Shown piece after piece: positions 27,405 to 36,054 of a DNA stretch of 64,000 bases. The number at the start of each line of letters is the position of its first letter. Positions within the stretch are counted from its first letter, which is position 1. A program made the translations under genes and the position numbers. The stretch is from assembly GCA_016389475.1 (NCBI GenBank), contig GCA_016389475.1_3042.1, one strand, 5' to 3'. This stretch comes from a phage. Under the pieces are notes generated by a model. That model was not told the DNA's origin, did not search any database, and saw nothing but the letters and a program-made list of their open reading frames with translations.

Positions 27405-27766
27405 TACAAACTCTCGGTGAATGTACGAGCGATAACGTCGCGCTGCTGTTCCGGAGTCAGAGAGTTAAAGCGAACTGCATAACCTGATACACGGATGGTC
27501 AGCTGCGGATATTTTTCCGGATGCTTAACTGCATCTTCCAGAGTTTCACGACGCAGAACGTTAACGTTCAGGTGTTGACCACCTTCAATTTTAACTGCAG
27601 GCTGTTGCTCAATTTCAATTTCACGGGCATGCAAACCATAGAAAATTTCTGGGTCTACAAAAGAGTCCTCTTTAAAGGTTTTAGAAACGATAATTCGTGC
27701 TTGAATACCATCTTCAAAATAAATAGTACCTTTGTGTATGCCTTCAAGAATTTGATATGCTTTCAT
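27404..27766 (-). CDS. autonomous glycyl-radical cofactor-like protein (GrcA/YfiD-like)
   Basis: 120 aa; C-terminal glycyl-radical signature [29 protein letters not shown]. Confidence 0.7.
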   Translation of the reverse strand: MKAYQILEGIHKGTIYFEDGIQARIIVSKTFKEDSFVDPEIFYGLHAREIEIEQQPAVKIEGGQHLNVNVLRRETLEDAVKHPEKYPQLTIRVSGYAVRFNSLTPEQQRDVIARTFTESL

Positions 27767-27773
27767 ATAAACC

Positions 27774-28103
27774 TCAATTAGAAAATAAATTTATCCAAGA
27801 TTGTTCTTTAATTAAAAACGGCTCAGAATCATATGCCATTAAACTTTGCGTAATTAATCCTTTAAAAGGTCCATCAATAAATTCCATGGTAAAATATGGA
27901 ATTTTATTCATTAGCCGTGCATTAGGAGCAGTACATAAAACTCTGCATCCTTTGAATACACCTTTTTGTAATTTGTATTGCTTGGGATAAAATTCGCTCA
28001 AAATGTTATTATTTGCTAAAATTTCAAAATGATTCACCAATTTATTTTTAATAGTTTTTGGCGAAAAATAAAGATATTCGAAAAGTTGCGTATCTGTCAT
28101 CAT
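27774..28103 (-). CDS. hypothetical protein (109 aa)
   Basis: Shortened to ATG 28103, which overlaps the upstream stop (ATGATGA). Confidence 0.4.
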   Translation of the reverse strand: MMTDTQLFEYLYFSPKTIKNKLVNHFEILANNNILSEFYPKQYKLQKGVFKGCRVLCTAPNARLMNKIPYFTMEFIDGPFKGLITQSLMAYDSEPFLIKEQSWINLFSN

Positions 28104-28642
28104 TGCATTCCAATTACGAAAAACTGCGGACGAGTAATACCACCAATACAGCATTTACTATTGCAGCAATATTGCACAGTTTCAATATGAATATCGTAAA
28201 TTTTATCCATATCAGGAGATTTAACAGGCTCATCGATTATATACAAAATTCGAGAAAGCGATAAACCTCTGAACTTGCTACCTCTATTACCAACAAAACT
28301 ACGGACAGAATCAGTAAATAAACGGAATCGAATATCATCGCTAGAATAACGAGAAAATTCTTTTTTAATGCGGCCCACAGAAATTTTAGCGTAAGCTGAA
28401 GTATTAGAAAGAACAATAACTGTTCCACCATCATACAACCAATTAGCGGCAAAATTAGTTACTGCAGTTGATTTACCGGATTGTCTGCCACCATCTAAAC
28501 GAAGTGTACAATATTCTTTAAATAAATACGACGAATCAGGTACATAAAATCCACTATTACAAATTTCTTCTACTCTAGCGTCAGAATGGTGTGTAAAAGC
28601 ATTCATCAGGGATAGATAAGGACCAGTTAAAAATGTTCTCAT
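28100..28642 (-). CDS. small P-loop NTPase (about 180 aa)
   Basis: Walker A GGRQSGKST and Walker B ILYIIDEP; start chosen at ATG 28642 (weak Shine-Dalgarno); ATGs at 28672 and 28690 are alternatives. Confidence 0.5.
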   Translation of the reverse strand: MRTFLTGPYLSLMNAFTHHSDARVEEICNSGFYVPDSSYLFKEYCTLRLDGGRQSGKSTAVTNFAANWLYDGGTVIVLSNTSAYAKISVGRIKKEFSRYSSDDIRFRLFTDSVRSFVGNRGSKFRGLSLSRILYIIDEPVKSPDMDKIYDIHIETVQYCCNSKCCIGGITRPQFFVIGMQ

Positions 28643-28783
28643 TTTATTCTCTCTAAATTTGGGCCATTCCATGGCGCATGAATTGTCCATTTCTGTATTT
28701 ACCCATTACCGCACTTGGGCTCGACCTTATTACAGGTTGGCGGGAATCCCTCACAGAATCATGAGGTCCAGCTTGTTCCCATA

Positions 28784-29257
28784 TTATTTGAACGATTTAA
28801 CGTACTGAATAGAACCTTTACTATTTACAAAGGCAATTTTACCATTTTTATTATACATGGTAGCAGTACGCTGATAGCCATAAGTTTGCTTACCAGATTG
28901 ATAACCAACTAATGCAAAATTATCTTCACCCATTTTATTCTGTTTAGCGCGAATGCGTTCATGACCATGTGCCATAAGAACCTTAGCATCACCAGTTACA
29001 ATGGATCGACGAGTTTTTTCATCTTCAACTGTATTAACAAAGTCGTCAAATGAATCAAATTTAGCATGAGATTTATTATACAGTTTTCCATCTACTGCAT
29101 AATTATATCCCTGTACATCCATCTCAACTTCTGTACCATCATCCAATACAGCAGTAATTTTCTGTCCTTTTTTAAATTTCAAAAGATCAGTAAAAGATTC
29201 AGCAATAATTTGAGAATTAATAGCTGCTTCAGTGATAAATTCTTGATATGTTTTCAT
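28784..29257 (-). CDS. internal-protein-like virion protein with capsid-targeting sequence
   Basis: Begins MKTYQEFITEAA (CTS pattern with L/I-x-E prohead-protease site); lysine-rich; early promoter 29311-29341 upstream. Confidence 0.6.
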   Translation of the reverse strand: MKTYQEFITEAAINSQIIAESFTDLLKFKKGQKITAVLDDGTEVEMDVQGYNYAVDGKLYNKSHAKFDSFDDFVNTVEDEKTRRSIVTGDAKVLMAHGHERIRAKQNKMGEDNFALVGYQSGKQTYGYQRTATMYNKNGKIAFVNSKGSIQYVKSFK

Positions 29258-29310
29258 GTGTTTCCTTTAAATATTTTAATTAGTAATTTGTCTCTTCAAG
29301 CAACTGTGAA

Positions 29311-29341
29311 TATACTATCACAATTCTAGGAGAAAGTAAAC
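29311..29341 (-). promoter_or_regulatory. early (sigma70-type) promoter for the CTS-protein gene 28784-29257
   Basis: Minus strand GTTTAC (29341-29336), spacer, -10 TAGTATA. Confidence 0.5.
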
Positions 29342-29345
29342 AACT

Positions 29346-29876
<531 letters not shown>

Positions 29877-30332
29877 TTAAAAGAGGCTGTTCATTATTCG
29901 GTAAAGTGAAGGACCCATCACATATTGCCACTGAGTACGAGGAATAAGAGCAAAAGCATCCATCTCTGGAATCATAACGCCATCTTTATTTTCAAAATAA
30001 GACTCGCAATGGCAATTTCTGAACATCTCATGCTCTACTGGAATCGTATAATAAAATAACTGTAAGTCTTTATTACTAGAATATTTAAATATACCTAGGT
30101 CTTCTAGAAGGTCTGGATTATAATTGCTAAAACCGGTCTCTTCTAAGCATTCTCTTTTTGCAGCTTCCAGTGCATTCAAATCAGAACTTTCTACACGCCC
30201 CTTTGGAATATCCCAGCGATGTGCCATCATTCCAGGCTTACGAGAACCAGTAACCCGACCCATAAATAAATCTTTATCTTCTGTCATAAAGATAATACCA
30301 GCTGATAGTGTTTTCATTTTAATTTCCTGCAT
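29877..30332 (-). CDS. nudE: Nudix hydrolase
   Basis: 151 aa; Nudix box GRVESSDLNALEAAKRECLEETGF. Confidence 0.8.
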   Translation of the reverse strand: MQEIKMKTLSAGIIFMTEDKDLFMGRVTGSRKPGMMAHRWDIPKGRVESSDLNALEAAKRECLEETGFSNYNPDLLEDLGIFKYSSNKDLQLFYYTIPVEHEMFRNCHCESYFENKDGVMIPEMDAFALIPRTQWQYVMGPSLYRIMNSLF

Positions 30333-30802
30333 TCAGTGATAAAGTTATTTAAATTTTGAGTATATTTCTTTTCATCAAAAATCTTTTGTTGTCTGCGTAG
30401 TCGCCATGGCATTTCAATGAACGTGTACCATATCCCAGATAATATTGCTGCAGTAAAAATATTAACAAGTATAGTTAAAAGAATCCAATCTCCTATTCTG
30501 TCCATTGGATTTTTTATAAAAAAGTAAAATACGAATGATGTCACAGGAAGACTAATAATATACCACAGAATCATAATTTTATCTGTGAACCAATCAGCGT
30601 TCGTTAACTTAGCGCGACCATTATGAATACACACGAATTTATCATCTGTTATAATAGATGGCTTAGCTGCTTGATATCCCATTCTAAACTCCCTAATCAA
30701 CAAATTTTTCATATCTTCGGAACAACCATTCCAGTCAACTCTATCAACTGAAATGCCATCATCCCCATCATCTAAATCATACCAGCGAGTTTTTAAAATC
30801 AT
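30314..30802 (-). CDS. small membrane protein (162 aa)
   Basis: Two hydrophobic helices; C-terminal tail ...FITECRKLK. Confidence 0.5.
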   Translation of the reverse strand: MILKTRWYDLDDGDDGISVDRVDWNGCSEDMKNLLIREFRMGYQAAKPSIITDDKFVCIHNGRAKLTNADWFTDKIMILWYIISLPVTSFVFYFFIKNPMDRIGDWILLTILVNIFTAAILSGIWYTFIEMPWRLRRQQKIFDEKKYTQNLNNFITECRKLK

Positions 30803-31173
30803 TTAATTTTCCTACAATCACTCACAAACTCTTCCATTGATTCTTTTTCAATATAAGACATGTAGCTATTATATTCCTTTAATTGTATTTTGTAATCTTT
30901 TTTTCTTTGCCAATTTATTTTAAAATTATCATAATGAAAATATAACATGGTACCAAAGAATGAAAATAATGAAATCGCTATAGTATAATGAAGTTCACTC
31001 CAAACTTCTATTATATCTATTATACCGCTGACGTTACTACGGATGTTTAAAATAAGACAGTCAATTAACAATCCAAAAAGACTACCCGCAAGAGCTGCAG
31101 CCAACGCTACAGCAAAAATTAAAAATGACTCAGGAAGAGAATATTTGACTTTATTTAGTTTTGGCTTTTGCAT
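30799..31173 (-). CDS. small membrane protein (124 aa)
   Basis: Two hydrophobic helices; C-terminal tail ...EEFVSDCRKIK, partly encoded by the next gene's Shine-Dalgarno. Confidence 0.5.
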   Translation of the reverse strand: MQKPKLNKVKYSLPESFLIFAVALAAALAGSLFGLLIDCLILNIRSNVSGIIDIIEVWSELHYTIAISLFSFFGTMLYFHYDNFKINWQRKKDYKIQLKEYNSYMSYIEKESMEEFVSDCRKIK

Positions 31174-31547
31174 CGTGATTCCTTAACAAATTTCATAATT
31201 TCATCAAATTCATGCGCAGCAAGTTTAAGCTGATGTTCCTTTTTAATCTTTTTACACTGAGCTTTCCAATCACGTACACGTTTACGATAGTGTCTTCCTT
31301 GATACCAATATCCTATCCAATTTATAGGTACTAATAAAAGCGGAACTACCAACGGAAGAATTAGTGTTGCTCCAAATATTGCACCAGATTCAATATCAGT
31401 CATAACGTCTATAACCATTCCAGCAATCACCAGAATCACAAATGATACAACTACCACAGGACCTATTAACACATCAGTAGAAATTATCTGACGCTTTAAT
31501 TCATACTTCAACGGTTTACTTGGAAGGTATAGTGATGGTTTTGACAT
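31155..31547 (-). CDS. small membrane protein (130 aa)
   Basis: Track start is TTG; ATG 31547 with AGGAA upstream; two hydrophobic helices; tail ...KFVKESRCKSQN. Confidence 0.5.
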   Translation of the reverse strand: MSKPSLYLPSKPLKYELKRQIISTDVLIGPVVVVSFVILVIAGMVIDVMTDIESGAIFGATLILPLVVPLLLVPINWIGYWYQGRHYRKRVRDWKAQCKKIKKEHQLKLAAHEFDEIMKFVKESRCKSQN

Positions 31548-32118
31548 ATTCTCTACATTCCTTAACAAATTTTTCTAATAATAAATCGCTTTCAAAATTG
31601 GGATTTTCTACGAATTTATCAAAAAGATCATCGACAATAGTTAAGATATTCTTTTTACTAAGAATACGTTTATTTTCATATTTTGTTTCAGAGTCAACTA
31701 TAAGAGTAAAGAAATATTTCTTGCCCTGAAATTTTACAGTAGTATCAATATAGAATAAATTTGACTTTTGTAAATTACGTTTAAACCATGCATCACTTAA
31801 ACTATAAACGCCAAGATAATCATAATCGTCGTTTAAATAACAGACCGTCCATTCAGGAGAAACAAAATCAGTAAATTCAACGTCAAAATCGCATGTTAAT
31901 GAATGAATTGATTCAATACTGTTAATAAGTATTCCAGGACGTATTAAAGACTTTTTACCTCTAGAAAATCTTCCAGAAAGATTTTCATCAGTTTCATATG
32001 AAGAACCCCAATAATAATTACGTCCTTCTGCCATACGTTTAAGAGCATTTAATAATTGGTCTGGAACATCAACTTGTCTTTGGAATTCTTCAAACATTGA
32101 ATTGAAATCACTTTGCAT
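31516..32118 (-). CDS. hypothetical protein (200 aa)
   Basis: ATG start; C-terminal ...EKFVKECREYVK resembles the tails of the three downstream ORFs. Confidence 0.5.
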   Translation of the reverse strand: MQSDFNSMFEEFQRQVDVPDQLLNALKRMAEGRNYYWGSSYETDENLSGRFSRGKKSLIRPGILINSIESIHSLTCDFDVEFTDFVSPEWTVCYLNDDYDYLGVYSLSDAWFKRNLQKSNLFYIDTTVKFQGKKYFFTLIVDSETKYENKRILSKKNILTIVDDLFDKFVENPNFESDLLLEKFVKECREYVKTITIPSK

Positions 32119-32146
32119 TTTTCATTCCTATTTACTCCAAGTAATA

Positions 32147-32160
32147 GGGGCCGAAGCCCC
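32147..32160 (-). terminator. C(UUCG)G tetraloop hairpin, intercistronic
   Basis: ggggccgaagcccc; 7 nt after the stop of ORF 32167-32760; no clear U-run, so perhaps an mRNA-stability element rather than a terminator. Confidence 0.4.
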
Positions 32161-32166
32161 TTATCA

Positions 32167-32760
32167 TTATTTCAGAGAATTAATATATTCCTGAACATCG
32201 GCAGAGGTAGTTTCAACCCCAGAAATATTGCCATTAAAGGTTTCAACTCGGGCAAGAGTATCTTCAATATCAACCTTAGTCAGCGCTGCAATTTCAACTA
32301 CATCATCAGCAGTACTAATTCCGAGGGCATTCGCGGCGCGAGTTTCACGGATATATTCCAATTTAACTGCAAGTTCTTGGCGAGCATCATCTAACTCAAC
32401 TACTTTCTTGGCGATTTCAATTCGCATTTCAGCATAACCATCAGCTTTAGTAGTCAGCTGCTCAGCTGTTCGACGATATAGTAAACCGAGTTTAGCATGC
32501 ATTGTTACATCTTGACCTTCAGAAAGGAGCTTGCGAATTTCGCGCTCTTTTGATTCGGCCTGCTTATTCTTTTCGACAATAAGTTCACGAATACGCTTTT
32601 CTTCGTTAATAGATTTAATGGAAGCAGTTTTTAGGTCTTTAATCTTATCAAGTAGTTTTGCTGCTGCAGCAGTATACTGTTCTTCAACAGATAGATTTTT
32701 AGCCATAACAGAACCAAGTTTAGTGCGAATAAACTCAACAATTTTCTTCAGTGTGTTCAT
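32167..32760 (-). CDS. hypothetical coiled-coil protein (197 aa)
   Basis: ATG start downstream of early promoter 32802-32831; long charged heptad-like helices. Confidence 0.55.
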   Translation of the reverse strand: MNTLKKIVEFIRTKLGSVMAKNLSVEEQYTAAAAKLLDKIKDLKTASIKSINEEKRIRELIVEKNKQAESKEREIRKLLSEGQDVTMHAKLGLLYRRTAEQLTTKADGYAEMRIEIAKKVVELDDARQELAVKLEYIRETRAANALGISTADDVVEIAALTKVDIEDTLARVETFNGNISGVETTSADVQEYINSLK

Positions 32761-32801
32761 AGTATTTCCTTAGGTTGATTAAAATTAAAATCCACAGAAA
32801 A

Positions 32802-32831
32802 ATTATATCATGCTATTTAAGAGATGTAAAC
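32802..32831 (-). promoter_or_regulatory. early (sigma70-type) promoter
   Basis: Minus strand GTTTAC (32831-32826), spacer, ATATAA; drives ORF 32167-32760. Confidence 0.45.
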
Positions 32832-33321
32832 TATTTTTAATTTTACAAATTCGTTCAGCTTCTTCAACAGCGGCAGTGATAATGCTTTTAGCTATAGGAG
32901 TACTAATACTAGTAGCTTTTACACTTAACACGATTTCTTTATCTTTACCAGGCCAACCCCACGATTTTTCACCATGAGTGCCTTTAATTACAGCAGACAC
33001 CTCAAGTGAGCATCCATTATCACATGTTTTTACATTAACAACCCAAGTGTCACTTTTCTCAACCGGTTTATCCCAGTAAATATTGAGAATACGCGGGACA
33101 TCAAATTTAGCAGGGCAAATCTTAACCGTAAGACCTTCGCTTTCTAGCCAATTAATAAGAGGACGTTCATACATGCGGCGATGTGGGCTTTGAACTCGAC
33201 AAGCCTTGTACCCATTGCTTGCGGCTTCACTAAGCTCTTCTAATACCTGCTTTTGCATTATTGATAAGATACCATCAAAAGATTTTTCGGAAGTTTCATT
33301 CAGTTCGGTATAAAGAGACAT
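32803..33321 (-). CDS. hypothetical protein (172 aa)
   Basis: Track start is TTG; ATG 33321 with GAGGAAAA upstream. Confidence 0.55.
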   Translation of the reverse strand: MSLYTELNETSEKSFDGILSIMQKQVLEELSEAASNGYKACRVQSPHRRMYERPLINWLESEGLTVKICPAKFDVPRILNIYWDKPVEKSDTWVVNVKTCDNGCSLEVSAVIKGTHGEKSWGWPGKDKEIVLSVKATSISTPIAKSIITAAVEEAERICKIKNSLHLLNSMI

Positions 33322-33377
33322 AACAGTTTTCCTCAAATTATAGGCTCATAATATCTCAATCATGAGCCTATGTAAAC

Positions 33378-33641
33378 TTATTTCATATTATTGAAATATT
33401 CTTCTGCAATTTCGTCGTTATCATGATAAACTTTAGAAGACAGTTTAACATAACCTTCAGCAGTGAACATGTTAATCACAACCTTTACAGTATACCACTG
33501 ACCATCTTCATTACCCATTACTGCGTAAGTTTCAAACATCGGATGATCAGGACCGATAACTTTAATATCATTCACTGTACGACCAAAATCTTCTGAAACA
33601 CATTTCATAAAGAAGTTGAACAGTTCGCCGTAATTATCCAT
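33378..33641 (-). CDS. hypothetical protein (87 aa)
   Basis: Track start is TTG; ATG 33641 with GGAGA 6 nt upstream; early promoter 33684-33714. Confidence 0.5.
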   Translation of the reverse strand: MDNYGELFNFFMKCVSEDFGRTVNDIKVIGPDHPMFETYAVMGNEDGQWYTVKVVINMFTAEGYVKLSSKVYHDNDEIAEEYFNNMK

Positions 33642-33683
33642 TTCATTCTCCAAGTTGTTTTCTGTATCAGTAGTTGATAGTTG

Positions 33684-33714
33684 TATAGTACCATGGAAGA
33701 ACAGGGATGTAAAC
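33684..33714 (-). promoter_or_regulatory. early (sigma70-type) promoter
   Basis: Minus strand GTTTAC (33714-33709), 18-nt spacer, TACTATAC; CTATCAACTACTGATACAG leader. Confidence 0.5.
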
Positions 33715-33847
33715 AGTTTTGTGAAAAATTTTTTAAAAAGTTTTGGGGAATTCTAGGGCAAGGAGGGGAAATCAAAGGATAGGATAATATATTATAAAGG
33801 GTAGAAACTAAATGATGCCTAGAGAGGCCTGGAAAGGCCTAGATACC

Positions 33848-33878
33848 AAAAAGCCCCAACCTTTTGGTCGGGGCTAAG
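33848..33878 (-). terminator. intrinsic terminator after the CTS-protein gene (repeat copy 1)
   Basis: aaaaagccccaaccttttggtcggggctaag; minus RNA hairpin AGCCCCGACC/GGUUGGGGCU followed by UUUUU; 5 nt after the stop. Confidence 0.65.
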
Positions 33879-33882
33879 AATG

Positions 33883-34356
33883 TTATTTGATTTGTTTAGC
33901 AGACCAAATGCGGTCTTTAATAATTTTTTGGATGTCTTCAACATACTCTAGGTCATGAGCATGTGGGTTATCTTTAAAGCTATGAGCACGAGCTAGCTTT
34001 TGGCCTTCAGTTTTGATTACTAAAAGCTCTTTAAGGATAGCTTCATATTTGGAGATAATTCCTTTAACGATATTTTTTTCTTGTGCGACTTTAGGATCTG
34101 CTTTAGGAGCAGGTTTACCCGAAGCCTTTGCAAAAGCAGCGCCAGTAGCAACTAAACTTTTCCAGGCCATACTAACTGCATTTCCCGTAAATCCTTCCGC
34201 TTTCATGTCGCGTGCGAACTGAAATCGCGATTCATCAGAAGCATCTTTGTAAGAATATTTACCCGCTGCAATGGCTGCTTTTGCGACAGCTTGAATTTCG
34301 GTGCTAGATGCTTCATTTAACACCGCTTCATTTAAAAATTGAGTATATGATTTCAT
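33883..34356 (-). CDS. internal-protein-like virion protein with capsid-targeting sequence (157 aa)
   Basis: Begins MKSYTQFLNEAVLNEA; own late promoter 34393-34400; bracketed by two near-identical hairpin terminators. Confidence 0.55.
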   Translation of the reverse strand: MKSYTQFLNEAVLNEASSTEIQAVAKAAIAAGKYSYKDASDESRFQFARDMKAEGFTGNAVSMAWKSLVATGAAFAKASGKPAPKADPKVAQEKNIVKGIISKYEAILKELLVIKTEGQKLARAHSFKDNPHAHDLEYVEDIQKIIKDRIWSAKQIK

Positions 34357-34392
34357 CTTATTTCCTGTTTTAATTCGTGGATTTAATATACT

Positions 34393-34400
34393 TATTTATA
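34393..34400 (-). promoter_or_regulatory. late promoter (TATAAATA) for the CTS-protein gene 33883-34356
   Basis: Exact TATAAATA on the minus strand 37 nt upstream of the ATG. Confidence 0.6.
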
Positions 34401-34402
34401 CT

Positions 34403-34433
34403 AAAAAGCCCCAACCTTTCGGTCGGGGCTAAG
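34403..34433 (-). terminator. intrinsic terminator upstream of the CTS-protein cassette (repeat copy 2)
   Basis: aaaaagccccaacctttcggtcggggctaag; identical to 33848-33878 except one loop base; hairpin followed by UUUUU on the minus RNA. Confidence 0.65.
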
Positions 34434-34737
34434 CCTTGCGGCAACCTTGTCGGGGTTCCACCTGCTAAGGCAAGTGTTTGTACGAAACGCCGGGATTCGA
34501 ACCCGGTTATTAAGCAGTTGACGCTACTCAATATTTTTAAAAGGCCATATCTCGACCATATCCGAACGTTCCGTCAAAAACGCTACTCGGTTTACTGCAA
34601 AGATATTTCCTCGAATCGATAATTCGGTGCGCCGTTTCTGCTGTGATAGTAAAGAGCCAGAACACAGTAAAACTGTGGGAGGAAACTATACTCCAGGGAA
34701 CATCAGTCCGACGACTTACCGGTAGCGACCCGGTTTC
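34434..34737 (-). ncRNA. candidate structured small RNA region with a tRNA-like T-arm (no ORF)
   Basis: 304 nt ORF-free gap between a terminator and the gene downstream of tRNA-Arg; minus-strand CCGGG-UUCGAAU-CCCGG at 34490-34506 but no complementary acceptor strand. Confidence 0.3.
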
Positions 34738-35088
34738 TTAGTATTCTTTTAAAGCATCAACCTGTTCACGACGTTTACGCCATAAATCAATTACTTCATA
34801 CGCAGATTCAGCATTTCGAATTGGACGGCATTTATATAAAGACTTGTGATTTTGATATTGTGTAGATAACGGAATTTTATCTAAAAGGTCTTTACGTTCA
34901 AAATATTCGTAACCATCTAAACCAAATGAACGATTTTTGAGAAATTGCCAATGACCAAATTCGTTTTCGACATAAACATAATCTGCATGCTGATAAAGCA
35001 AATTAATTACGCGTTCAGAAATAACAGTATCATTATGATTAAAATAGAATGTTAAATCATGAACTACTAAATAAACATTACCTTTCAT
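34738..35088 (-). CDS. hypothetical protein (116 aa)
   Basis: ATG with GAGGAAAA upstream; lies immediately downstream of tRNA-Arg. Confidence 0.5.
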   Translation of the reverse strand: MKGNVYLVVHDLTFYFNHNDTVISERVINLLYQHADYVYVENEFGHWQFLKNRSFGLDGYEYFERKDLLDKIPLSTQYQNHKSLYKCRPIRNAESAYEVIDLWRKRREQVDALKEY

Positions 35089-35106
35089 ATTTTCCTCACT
35101 TATAAT

Positions 35107-35182
35107 TGGTCGAGGCAGTAGGGATCGAACCTACGACCCAGGACTTAGAAGGTCCTTGCTCTTCCTTCTGAGCTATGCCCCG
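35107..35182 (-). tRNA. tRNA-Arg (anticodon UCU)
   Basis: Manual cloverleaf: acceptor CGGGGCA/UGCCUCG, anticodon loop CU-UCU-AA, T-arm GUAGG-UUCGAUC-CCUAC, CCA encoded. Confidence 0.7.
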
Positions 35183-35186
35183 TAAT

Positions 35187-35262
35187 TGGGGTGACCGATG
35201 GGAGTCGAACCCATGACTACGAGAATCACAATCTCGAGTTCTACCAACTGAACTACGGCCAC
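35187..35262 (-). tRNA. tRNA-His-like (anticodon GUG)
   Basis: Acceptor GUGGCCG/CGGUCAC, loop UU-GUG-AU, discriminator C, CCA encoded; position -1 is U, not G. Confidence 0.6.
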
Positions 35263-35376
35263 ATTAATACCTACTCCAACAATCATGATGTCTTCACACG
35301 AAATTAAGAGAAGAGTGATCAGTTCAACCCCTATAATCGCGTCAAGTAGATATTAATGTGACAGTTGTCACAAATT

Positions 35377-35451
35377 TGGCGGACGTGATAGGATTCGAAC
35401 CTATAACCAATCGCTTAACAGGCGATCGCTCTGCCATTGAGCTACACATCC
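35377..35451 (-). tRNA. tRNA-Asn (anticodon GUU)
   Basis: Acceptor GGAUGUG/CACGUCC, loop CU-GUU-AA, T-loop UUCGAAU. Confidence 0.65.
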
Positions 35452-35455
35452 AAAT

Positions 35456-35542
35456 TGGTGGGGAGTGATGGAGTCGAACCACCCGAGTCGCAATGACAAT
35501 GAATTTACAGTCCACACCGCTACCTCTACGGGATAACTCCCC
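35456..35542 (-). tRNA. tRNA-Tyr (anticodon GUA), long-variable-arm type
   Basis: 87 nt; acceptor GGGGAGU/ACUCCCC, loop CU-GUA-AA, variable-arm hairpin GUCAUUGCGAC. Confidence 0.6.
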
Positions 35543-35554
35543 TAATTCATAATT

Positions 35555-35629
35555 TGGTGGCCCTGGGTGGAATTGAACCACCATCTGGCGATTATGAGTC
35601 GCTTGCTTGAACCTTCCAGCTACAGGGCC
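35555..35629 (-). tRNA. tRNA with CAU anticodon (Met, or Ile if lysidine-modified as in T4)
   Basis: Acceptor GGCCCUG/CAGGGCC, loop CU-CAU-AA, T-arm GGUGG-UUCAAUU-CCACC. Confidence 0.6.
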
Positions 35630-35630
35630 T

Positions 35631-35706
35631 TGGTGCTGATTGACGGAATCGAACCGCCGACATCCTCATTACAAGTGAGGTGCTCTACCTACTGAGCTAA
35701 ATCAGC
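35631..35706 (-). tRNA. tRNA-Thr (anticodon UGU)
   Basis: Acceptor GCUGAUU/AAUCAGC, loop CU-UGU-AA. Confidence 0.7.
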
Positions 35707-35711
35707 AAAAC

Positions 35712-35801
35712 TGGCGGAGGCGATAGGATTCGAACCTATGAGTCGCCGGAGCGACTGCCGGTTTTCAAGACCGGTGCATTCAACCACTCTGCCACGCCTC
35801 C
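35712..35801 (-). tRNA. tRNA-Ser (anticodon UGA), long-variable-arm type
   Basis: 90 nt; acceptor GGAGGCG/CGCCUCC, loop CU-UGA-AA. Confidence 0.7.
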
Positions 35802-35803
35802 AG

Positions 35804-35877
35804 TCTCCATACAAGGATTTGAACCTTGGACCTCCTGATCCCAAATCAGGCGCTCTACCAAACTGAGCTACACGGAG
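35804..35877 (-). tRNA. tRNA-Pro (anticodon UGG)
   Basis: Acceptor CUCCGUG/UAUGGAG, loop UU-UGG-GA; 3' CCA not encoded. Confidence 0.7.
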
Positions 35878-35887
35878 TAAATTAAAT

Positions 35888-35961
<74 letters not shown>

Positions 35962-35966
35962 AAATT

Positions 35967-36053
35967 TGGTGCGAGAAGTGGGACTCGAACCCACAAGGAA
36001 ATCATTCCGCAGCATTTTAAGTGCTGTGCCTTTACCAATTTGACCATTCTCGC
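35967..36053 (-). tRNA. tRNA-Leu (anticodon UAA), long-variable-arm type
   Basis: 87 nt; acceptor GCGAGAA/UUCUCGC, loop CU-UAA-AA. Confidence 0.7.
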
Positions 36054-36054
36054 G

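Noticed and set aside
32167-32760. Possible PspA/IM30-like identity for the 197-aa coiled-coil protein
   Set aside because: Only generic charged heptad character; I could not identify PspA-specific motifs, so it is listed only as a coiled-coil protein.
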